Source: Perkinsus chesapeaki ATCC PRA-425
Taxonomy: Eukaryota > Protista > Perkinsozoa
DNA: 64,000 bases
Assembly (NCBI GenBank): GCA_013115145.1
Contig: JAAPAO010000109.1
Location: forward strand, 10,816 to 74,815
Direction: 5' to 3'
Shown: piece by piece, positions 54,133-64,000 of the stretch
Layout of the letters: each line of letters opens with the position of its first letter
Position numbering within the stretch: the stretch's first letter is position 1
Program-made: the position numbers and the translations under genes
The notes under the pieces: generated by a model
The model's database searches: none
What the model was told of the DNA's origin: nothing
The model's input: the letters and a program-made list of their open reading frames with translations, nothing else

Positions 54133-57100
54133 ATGGCTGAAGCTGTAACAGATGGAGGAGTTGAATGGTTTAGCTACAATCGAGAAGTCTATAACTTCAA
54201 TCGTACAATGCGACAGAAGAATCTATATCAACATCAGAAACAGAGGGTTATGGCAGTAGTATTGTATAGGGAAGATTTAAGGGATTTATTTGGTCTTACT
54301 ATAGGAAAGATGGATTGTTATATGGTAAGCTACTTAATTAATATACTTTATGTAATATGTACTGTTAGCTTGTAAGTACCTTATTGGTTGGATTCTGTAC
54401 TGAAATGTTCTATAAGGGAAGGACACCATTGTTGGCTCCTAATTGGTTGTTTTGGCCGTGGTCCATAACATTAGGTATACCAATACTTATTACTATTATA
54501 AACCTCATTATTATTATTTCAGGTGCGGCATTCTTCTATTTCTTCCTATCTATATGGCTTGCATTACATGCATCAGTATCAGCTCAGACATACTCTGTAC
54601 GTTCCTTAACACAATGGTTACGTCTACCGGTCGCTAGTTCTATGGAAATATCTGAGGGATCAGCCAGGCTTGAAGACTTTGAAGGTAAATAGTATTAATT
54701 ATAGTAGTTAATAATATTGTAATATAGGGTCTGGTGTTGGTGGATGGTTCCGTGTACCTATTGTTACTGAATATGCTAGAGAAAGTAACTTAAAGATACC
54801 TGGACTTAAACATAAGGGAGATAAATCTAAGAATGTAGTATAAAGGGGAAATTAAAGAAATGGATATTTATATATACTCAGGAAATAAAGGATTTAACAA
54901 CTGAATGGGATACGTTTAAACAACACTTTGCCTTATTCAATCAATTACATAGGAAATGGCAGGGGCATGAGGCATATGCTAGAGTATGTATGTGTATGGG
55001 TAATATATACTATTAACTAACCATAATCATATTGTATTATAATATCTAGGTACTTTACAAGTCCTTTATGCACTCGGTTATTTTGGGTTATTATACTGGG
55101 GTTATTTCTGGCATAATCCATTGGCTGCTTATGCTATAGTAACTCTATGTTCAGTAGCTGCATTACTAAATGCTAAAATGAACCTTACACTTAATTATGC
55201 AGAGTTTGTTACTATGGTAGTATAATACTACCACACTTCCATCAAATCACGTTAGTATTTACTTATTAGGCATTCTTAACTGTTGTACCACCATTCCTAT
55301 ATTGTGCTGCTGTACTGTGTGAGTATGAATGGGGTAATAGCTTTAATGTAGAGGTAATATTATCTTTAACCATAACCGTAATATATATAACGTTTAGGGT
55401 CCACAAATTAAGGAACGTCCTGCCTTAATCTTTGCTTTAGCTGCCCATATCATGAGCCTCTTTTATGAGATATTCTTTGTGTAAGTATTCTATCCTAGTA
55501 TTAGGTAATATGTATACGCAACATTTAGTTATCTTACTATGGCTGATAAGAATGGATTACCTGTTAAGTTCTCTACTGTATGGTGTATTGATGTACTCGG
55601 GTTTGGTTTAGAGACCATTAAAGAGGTTAGTGAGCCAGTTGCTGAGCCTAAGTAATACACACACCTATATCATACTAACTCTACTCATCCTACTTTAGGA
55701 TCATTAACTCATCTGGTCTGCCTGGCTACACTGATGATAATGGTCCTATCAATGATTGGGGTGTACATAAACCAACAGGTCAACAAGAGGATCCTAAGGA
55801 TGGGCAGTATCATCCTGATGTATCAAAGGATCTTAAGTCGGCTTGTAGTAGAGCAGAGAAGGATATGCAAAAGATATTTAGACATTGGGCTAAGGAAGAG
55901 CATTTACTATCTGATTCGGTACGTTATATAATAATATTATTCGGTTAATGTTGGTATTGTTGTTTTTAGGAACGTCAAGATTTAGCAAAGATGAAGGCTA
56001 GATTTGAAAAGGATAGGAAGAAGTTGGCTAAGCTATTAGAGGAGGAACGTGGAAAGGGTGATGCTACACCTGGTACACCATTTAATCCGACAGAAGGATG
56101 GATTAGATTGGGATATAAGACTGATGGTGGAGAGAATCTACCATATTATCTTAATGTTGAAACTGGTGAGATTAAATGGGATGCTCCTACTAGGGAAGCT
56201 GGTATTTATGATTACAAGGAGACAACTAATTCAGTTGAATCACAGTTAAAGGAATTTGAGCTTAAATCAAAGGCATTATTAGATCAAGAAAAGGCAGCTA
56301 TACAAGCAGCAACTGAGGCTAGTAAACGAGAGAAGGTTAGGATACCATATATCCTATTCCGTTTTGGTAGCGCTATAGTAGTAGCTGCATGGTTATTTGC
56401 TATTGGTGAAACAAGTGCTGAGGTTTCACTTAAATATGATCCATCATTCAATGAGAGGAATATACATCATCGTAGATTATCAGCTACTACTGATGCTGCT
56501 GATGAGGGATTAGATATTACCTATGCATCACAAGAAGATATAAAACTACCTGAACATTTAGTGTGGTATACTCCTTATAAGATGGCATGTAATTCCAAGA
56601 AGACTGTATTAGCTGATTTCCATTCATTGCGTGAAGTGTATACTTCTATACCTGCTGTATCTTCATCAGTATTAAAGTGTGCAGCTGCTAGTGAGTACAG
56701 TAAAAATAAAGAGATAAAGGATGTATTAGTGAGAGATGATGGTGATGTATATGTTCTATTAGATGATAGTAGATTATTATCCTGTACCAATGGTGAGTCT
56801 ATACTAGATAACTCTGGTCTACCATCAACTGCAGCATCAATGATATCCGCTATAGGATCTATAGGTCATAATGAGTATGCTATTGTATCTGGTATAGATG
56901 GTAAGTTATATGTTGGATCACCCTCAACTGGTAAATGGAGATCAGTATCTCGTCCTATTAGTGGTGACTATAAGGGATGTACCTCTATTCATCAAACATC
57001 AATCAATGGTGATATTGTACTTATGTTACCTCAGGAGGGTCTAATACATGTATTCAATTCCCGAGGTCTATTCATTGGTGCACAGTCTATCCCTGTTGGT

Positions 57101-57232
57101 TATGTATCTGGTTGTGGTGATCAACTTATTGGTTATTCTCCTAGATCAGCACGTTTATCCCTTGCTAAAGGTATTCAGATATCCCAAGGTGGCAGCAGCA
57201 CATCTTCAGCAGCAGCAGCAGCACAAGCATAA
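54133..57232 (+). CDS. Multi-pass membrane protein with WW domain and C-terminal probable beta-propeller-like ectodomain
   Basis: Spliced exons give FSYNREVYNFNR..LYREDLRDLFGLTIGKMDCYMLVSTLLVGFCTEMF, several hydrophobic helices, and WQGHEAYARVCMCMGTLQVL. The last exon has a WW motif (EGWIRLGY...PYYLNVETGEIKWDAP), a further TM (FGSAIVVAAWLFAIG) and a beta-rich tail. Confidence 0.75.
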
Positions 57233-57605
57233 TATTGTTGCATAGATTACCTTGTCTAGATGATACGTCCTCTTATCACCAGTGATCCCGGTGATGATAT
57301 CGATTTATCCAGTATTACACTGCTCCCTAAGTGATGATGATGATGTTGATAACCATGATGCTATTACTGTCGCTATTGGTATACGTTTTGCACCATTACA
57401 TCTATTACGTCTATTGTCCTTTACCAACAATTCTGTCATTAAGAGTATCGGTAAAGATTGGCGATCGACTGAGGCTGGTGGTGCTACAATTCCTAACATT
57501 TGGCAATTTCGTATTGGGATTCCCTTTTGCTCGGCTTTGAGTTTGTCACAGGCTCCATGACGTTCGGTACGATTCGGGCAGTTTTTCTCAGTGTGTTCGG
57601 TGGAT

Positions 57606-60600
57606 ATGTCACCTTGTGGTTTAGAGGAGATGAGTGATGAGTTAGACGCTGGAGTACAGAATACTCAAAGTAGATTGAATGAGACTCTAAGAGAATACGC
57701 CAGTGTATCTGGTGCACTTCAACGTATACAGTCCAACTCAAGGTCAGGACAACATCAACTACACATTTAGCATCTACGTTTTGTTTAGGTCTAGGACGGT
57801 GACACCTAGAGCTGATACTGGTGGACTAACACCTAGTAGAGGAGAAGGTAGAGATAAAGTGATGACCGCCGACCTTACCAAACAATCACCCTCATCATCT
57901 CCTATGGCTCGGTGGAGAGGATTACAAGAGTTAGAGTATTTAGCAGAGGCACAAAGAATAGTAAGGTGTTGTGGATTGCTACTAATGCTGCTGTTCATTT
58001 GACTGTATTTAGGGTAGAGAAGTAGCAAAGCTTGGTTTAGCTTCTACTACAGCTAGAGCAGTTGATATACTTCGCCCACCTAGAAGTGCATTATCTGGTC
58101 TTAATGGTTGGGATATTCAACTACATGGTGATGCTGTACGTGTTAATTTACAAGATCCTAATTTAGCATATAAAGCTAATGAGGTACCATGGAGGGCTAC
58201 TGATGTAACAATTATAGGTAATGGACCAGTACCTGCATTCGCTCATGGTTGGTATTATGAGGTTATAGTTAAAAGAGTTGATCCATTAATACCTCAGACG
58301 GCTATCGGAAATGAGGGTAGAGTAGTTTTACCAGAAGATCCAGCTGGCCTTACTATTGGTGTTACTACTACACATCCTAATAATCTTACTAAGATTCCCC
58401 TTGGTGGATCCTGGAGGTTACCTGGTACAGTATTAATAGGGTATGATGGTCAAATATCAATAACAGAATCTAATATAATGAAACCTAAATTTACCGTTAT
58501 ACCTAATGGATGGTCACCAGCTAGAGAGCTTACAGCTGGAAGAAGATTAGGTATATTCATACCAGCACATGGTGGTGTGAGACATAGAGTATTCTTATTA
58601 TTAGATGGTAAAGTTATAGTAAGAGGTCCATTAATGCCGGCTGATCTAGCTACTATGCCTATTTGGCCTGTAGTAGAATTACTAGGTAACTCACGTGCAG
58701 TAACTTTAGTACGTATGGCTGAGTTAGCACCACCAGCATATCAATTGGCAACATGTGTTGGAGATATTAATAGTAGTAATCTTGAAGAGGATATACAAGA
58801 AGCTAGAATATGCTGTCAATGGGGTATGGCTGGTAGATGTATACGTTTATTATCTGACAGGACATTAGCAGTAGTAACTGAAGATGAGAGAGCTGATGCT
58901 AAGTTACCATTAGGTGGTAGGATAATAGTTGGTAATGGACCTGTTAAAGAGTTAACTAATGGTATGAGATATTTTGAAATACGTATTAAGAAATTACGTC
59001 CAAATGTTGCTAGATTTGTGTCATCATCTACTGGTAGTAATAAACGATGGTGTTCTATACGTCAAAAGGCAGTAATGTATTTAAGTATTGGTTATCATGC
59101 AGCTACACAAGGATTGAAAAGGATACCACAAGTATGCCATATAAACCAATTACCAGATACTAATTATATAACAGTTGAACATCCTGCTAATACCATTACA
59201 TTATCTACTCGTATTGGTTTATTATTATCTAGAGATGAAAAGATACTTGCACTTTTTATTGATGGACATTTACGTGGTCGTATGCAAATATCCTGTCCAG
59301 CACTATTAGATGAATCATCTACTACCTATCCTATAGTAGATCTTGGTAGAGGTATATGGGCGGTATCATTTGTAGCAAATGCTGGCCCTCCAAAAGAAGC
59401 TCAATCATCAATACAATTATCTAATACTAATAATGCAGCTGTTAAAATACAAAGGTTTATAAGAAGAAGACGTAATATACATATGTTACAGGATGCTGTT
59501 ATTGAGGTGGTATAGTACAGTCCATAGTTAATGGAGTTTATAGGGTTTCATGTTTTAGGGGTTAGCAAGATATAAAGGGAAGATGGAATTAGCACAACAA
59601 CGGTCTATACAGGATCAACAATTTGCTATACAAAAGCATCAGTTAGAGATATTAGAAGAACTACTTAGAACACAGCGCTCTGCTAACGACTCTTTAGTAC
59701 GTATAGCAAGATCAGCTAGTACAAGCCCAATAGCTAATAGACCAGTCATACCGTCAACAGCATTAATGGAGACAAAACAGAAGGTCATGCAATCTGAGGC
59801 AATACCATTACGGAAGGAAAGGGAGACTACAAACGTGGATAGACTGAAGTCACGTCAAAGTCGAAGTAGATTGGGTGAAGAACGCTCGCGAAAACGGGAA
59901 AATAGTACCATGTTGATAATGTAGAATGTAATGTATATAGCTAATAGGTATTCGCTGGGCAAGCACGGTGAATCCTGATGTATCCAGAGAGAATGGTGTT
60001 CGACAAACAATAAAGGGCAGTGAAAGGAGGCCTGATAGGAAGTCTACACGTGTGGATAGAACAACAAAGGCATCAATTCATACTATAGAGGATAGGATAG
60101 AAATGGCAGTGAGCCGAACAGCTGACTCTCTTCCTCACCCATTTTATAGGTTAGTATACCCGACACTTCCTCGGATGATGAGGAACTTGAACAAGTTGCT
60201 AATACCCCGAAAACAGTTAAGAATTTACTCTCGGGATGCGGGTACGTTGAACTGTGGTAGCTCAGAGGAACATATCGAAATCGCCTCAGGTCATTCTTCT
60301 ATCCTTCACCGTGGAGGTTCGTTATAATATCTAATGATGGTTTACATGTATCAAGACGGAAGGGTGCAGAGTCAACAAAGGGGAATATAGCTATTGGAGC
60401 AGAAGCACTGAAACTGCATAGTGAGTATGTATCATACTTCTTTACTATTCAAGTGGAAGCATTATTACCTGTTTTCACATATGGACTTGCTATTGGAGTA
60501 ACTCTTACAACAGCAAAGGAAATCAAGGATATGATTGCAAAGGTGAAATACACTGTGATATATGGGCGATGGTAGTGTAACCTTTTAGAAAGAGGCTCTA

Positions 60601-61314
60601 CCAAAAAGTGCAGATGATGTTATGGATACATGGATAGTTGGATTAAGAGGGAAGATGTATTCTCCATTCTGGGATAGGAAACCAAGACCATGTAAATGGA
60701 GTGGTACAATACAAAATGGCCTACAGGCTGGCAGCATGGTGAGATACTCTTTCACTGCTCTAGTATATATAGGTTAGGTTACCCTTGTTGTTGGACTCAA
60801 TGGTCGTATTTATATCTTTGTTGATGACAAAATCATTGATGTAAAGTGCCCAAGTGGTGTACCCCGACGAGATGGTGCTGCCCCACTCTATCCGATAGTG
60901 GAACTATCAGAGCAAGCTGATAAGGTATGTAGATTTCTGCCTTTTATATTATAGAGTATTTGATAGGTTAAATATATACCAGATGCCGAACTACCACAGA
61001 GCATCGCTTTTACTGTAGAGAAGTTAGCAATGGAACCGGGCTCTGATACGGAGGGAAGCGATTCCGAATCCAGTGCTGGAAGCGACTCTAGTCGTTCGAG
61101 CGATTATTCCCAAACATCTGGGAGTCGGAGCGGTTCAGTTAATAACCGCTCATCATCTGCATCTAATTCAACATCGTCTTACGATACCGAAAGTCAATCC
61201 TCCTCTTCTGGGAGCGTAAGCCGGTCCACATCCTCATCAAGGAGTACCTCGTCGTCATCAGAGGCGGGTTCCAGTGAAGGCTCGTCATCTTCAGGCCTTT
61301 TTGGTCTATTTTAG
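57606..61314 (+). CDS. Neuralized(NHR)/SPRY-like multi-domain protein with IQ motif and Ser-rich acidic tail
   Basis: Large exon 58013-~59515 with repeated NHR/SPRY-like segments (TIIGNGPV..GWYYEVIVK..GLTIGVTT..LIGYDG; IIVGNGPV..GMRYFEIRIK..YPIVDLG) and an IQ motif AAVKIQRFIRRRR. Followed by a coiled coil, another such domain at ~60.3-61.0 kb, and a Ser-rich last exon ending GLFGLF*. The start (57606 or 57630) is inferred. Confidence 0.6.
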
Positions 61315-61506
61315 GACTACATGTGCCGTCCCATGCAAATTTGACTTTGTCACCTTTATCGTCTTGTTTTTAAGTTGTTGTCAATATGAAAATCTCAATA
61401 TCGAAGGGAACTTGGTTCCGTTGTATTTTTCATCAATTTCAACCCGATTGTAGAGTGCAAGTGCCTCTACCCCTTTCTAAGAGTTACATTCGGTTCTTCT
61501 CGCCCT

Positions 61507-62545
61507 ATGAGTAGAAGACTCTCCGAGGAGCAGCGCCGTGCAATATGTGACTTCAAGAGCGATTATCCGACTGATGGTTACGGAAAGGCCCTTGAGCGGG
61601 ATCCCGCAACCTTTGGAAGTATACCACGTGGACAGTTTTCTATGACGGCTACGATGTTCCGGCTTTATGGGAAGGAAAAGGCAATCAGTGGAGAGGCGAG
61701 CACTGTTCTTTTTCAGTTGAAGACCTTAACATCATCTCATTCAGGCGAGAGCGTTATATGAGAAGATGCTACGTAGAAAGCGAGGTAGGGGTCAGAAAAA
61801 GAATACTCCGCTAAATGGAGACCGAAGACTGGTCCGCCACAGGACTAATGTCACTAACTCTAATGTGGAGAAGACCACAACCACTGCATCATCATCACAA
61901 TGTGTTAGTCAGCAGACCAATCTTCATGCAGGTAGTTTGAAGCCCGATGAAGTATCTTGTGATAATCCTATTTATAGCAAAGGCTACTGGACTAAAAGTA
62001 CAAGATGTTACTAATGCAATATGTGAGGAATGGGGGCATATGTCAAGGTGAGTCAATGCTAGTGTGCAGTCTGAGTCTAAATGTTAATTTTACTGACAAT
62101 ACACGTACCTGTTTATTCGATAGTTATGGTATATGTATCCTTTTGGGAAGTGAAAACGGGCGCAATTCATTATATACAGTACTCACATTTCAGTGAGGAG
62201 AGGACACATTACCATACACTCATGGAGGATCAAGAGTCAAAGATAACAGCAACAACTCGCACTAGGGAGGGTCGTAAGGAGAAGTCTCGTCCGAGAAGTG
62301 CTGGCGGCGGTTATATGCAGCAGCAGCAGAGGCAGGTGAGTGGGTGGCTTATGATCCAGTGGTGTAATATCCACAGTTTTAGCTTCATACTATTGCCTAT
62401 CTCACGGCAGAGATGTTGTAGGTGTTTCATGGTGAACTAGATATCCCTTCATTATATCTTGACTACGTGCCCTTCTGTGTAGGTTATTGATATTATCGTA
62501 TTATCCGATTCAGAAGAAGAACAGCCTAAGGTGGAGTATAGATAA
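61507..62545 (+). CDS. Uncharacterised protein, paralogue 1 of a tandem pair (possible N-terminal HTH)
   Basis: MSRRLSEEQRRAICDFKSDYP...ERDPATF...YGKEKAISGE, then exons ARALYEKMLRRKRG..., AKATGLKVQDVTNAICEEWGHMS, and a last exon VIDIIVLSDSEEEQPKVEYR*. Homology to the copy at 63141 supports coding status. Confidence 0.55.
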
Positions 62546-63140
62546 GAGGATGGTAATAGTAGGCGACGCTGTTGTAATGGATTTGAGAAATCAGGTCGTT
62601 TATACCCAAACAATAGAATTCGTTCCACCCTTGGCCGAAACCCCCTCCCATCTGACTCCTTAACTTTCCTATGCCATTCAAGGAGTACTCTGTGCTGACC
62701 CCCTCAGTCCTGATGCTTAGCTGACAATCAACTATCACTGTATTCCTCCTACCCGCTAACACGTACTACCGATTAACCTTGTATCGAGTCTCTATTTGAT
62801 AATAAGCTTGTATGAACCATTATATAATAACATATAGACTCTATGAATTGTAAGGGACACCTCGTTTGCTATCGTCAAGTTGCGAATATGGTTTTATTAT
62901 TACTAGTGCGTTGAGTGTATCTCAAAGGTCCATCCAAGAGTTCAACTATTTTTCATCACGTTGAATATATTAGTGTTGTTTTGGAGCTCGGAGTGAAGAC
63001 GGCGAGCAATCACTGGAGCCACCCTCTGATGAGGATGCGGATCGGTTTCCACTTTATAATCGAAATACTACGTTTTCCACGTCGATAGTCTCTAGGGATA
63101 TCCTGAAAGATGCGGGTAGCTTGTTATTGTGATCATTTCT

Positions 63141-63779
63141 ATGACACGCTGGCTTCCTAAAGAGGCACGCCGCTATATTTGTGACTATAAGGAGTCGAAG
63201 CCAGATGGTGGGTTGGAAAGAGCCAAGGAGAGAGATCCGGCGATATTCAATCAAATAACAAACTCACAGTTCAACAGAACTGTCCTCTTACTCAATCGTT
63301 ATGGTAGGGAGAAGACGATAAGTGGTGAAGTAAGTAATTGTGTACACACATTCAGAGGGTTTGATATTGTTAGGCAGGGGCGAGGTACTATAAGTAGCAG
63401 AGGGCTCGGAGGGAGGCTGCTTTACGGGCCAATGACCGGTCATCCGATCTCCCTCCTGATGTCGCTAACAGGATCTCGACTACTCCGACCGACAGACCCA
63501 AAGCGGATCATGGCAGAGGTATGCTCTAAACCTCAATGTGTTCATACCAAAACCTTTCGAAAGATTTGTCTTAACGGACCTGATGATTTGAAACTTTAAG
63601 ACTTGAAGCTACTTATAAAGTTTAAGTAGACTTTCCTGATCAGACCCTCGGTCTAAGCACGGGTTTCACGCTTATTGTCGATCGCGTATGGAGGAGCTGC
63701 TTCCTATAGCACGCTCTAATGGACTAGCAGTACAAGATGTCACAGACACGATATTCGAGGAATGGGGACATATGTCTTT
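63141..63779 (+). pseudogene. Paralogue 2 of the tandem pair, with in-frame TAG (possible pseudogene); 3' extent unresolved
   Basis: MTRWLPKEARRYICDYKESKP...ERDPAIF...YGREKTISGE with an intron at the same position as in copy 1. Then AGARYYK*QRARRE (TAG 63395-63397) and a later exon ARSNGLAVQDVTDTIFEEWGHMS. Confidence 0.45.
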
Positions 63780-64000
63780 GTAAGTCAGGTATCGAGCTCA
63801 ATCTGTAGTGATTGTGATCTGCCTAGCTACTCTTTGATACACTAAACCATATCGGACGTAATTCAAGTTAAACTGAATTCATCTTCAGGTTTGATAGAGA
63901 GAATTACAGCTCAACCCATACGCCGAGACATCTTTTGAAATTCGTGCAAGTCAATTTCACCCCTTGGTCATGAATGAACCCCCGATCCCCCTGGACAATG

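Noticed and set aside
57282-57741. Several short ORFs on both strands between the WW-protein and NHR-protein genes
   Set aside because: They could not be spliced into a coherent gene and overlap the start region of the plus-strand gene.
61030-61314. Stand-alone Ser-rich small protein
   Set aside because: It is in frame with the upstream VKYIPDAELPQSIAFTVEKLA after an AG acceptor, so it is the last exon of the NHR-like gene.
62526-63254. Minus-strand ORFs 62526-62762 and 63054-63254
   Set aside because: No recognisable motifs or splice partners, and the second overlaps the plus-strand paralogue.

Overview
Eukaryotic, intron-rich protist DNA with 40-70 nt GT-AG introns. The gene content (RAP-domain protein, thermitase-like subtilase, PACRG) best fits an alveolate such as Perkinsus; this is inferred, not searched. 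The first 39 kb is one minus-strand gene that the ORF track misses because it runs off the left edge without a stop. It has a signal-peptide-like start at 39003, nine tiny introns within 1.3 kb, then a single exon of at least 37,674 nt. The product is at least ~12,860 aa, made of about a thousand degenerate 12-aa repeats (consensus LDFxxLGSSLSL / RSFARLGSSLSV / xGxARLGSSLSV), probably a secreted beta-solenoid fibre. The many plus-strand ORFs in 1-37 kb are its antisense shadow. The rest is a compact gene cluster, in order: a hypothetical protein, PACRG, a coiled-coil+LRR protein, an intronless prodomain-less subtilase preceded by a possible spliced-leader relic, a RAP protein, an RlmL-like methyltransferase with degenerate catalytic motifs, RRP45, a multi-pass membrane protein with a WW domain, a Neuralized/SPRY-like IQ protein, and a tandem pair of uncharacterised paralogues, the second with an in-frame stop. 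No rRNA, tRNA, CRISPR array or intact mobile element was recognised.
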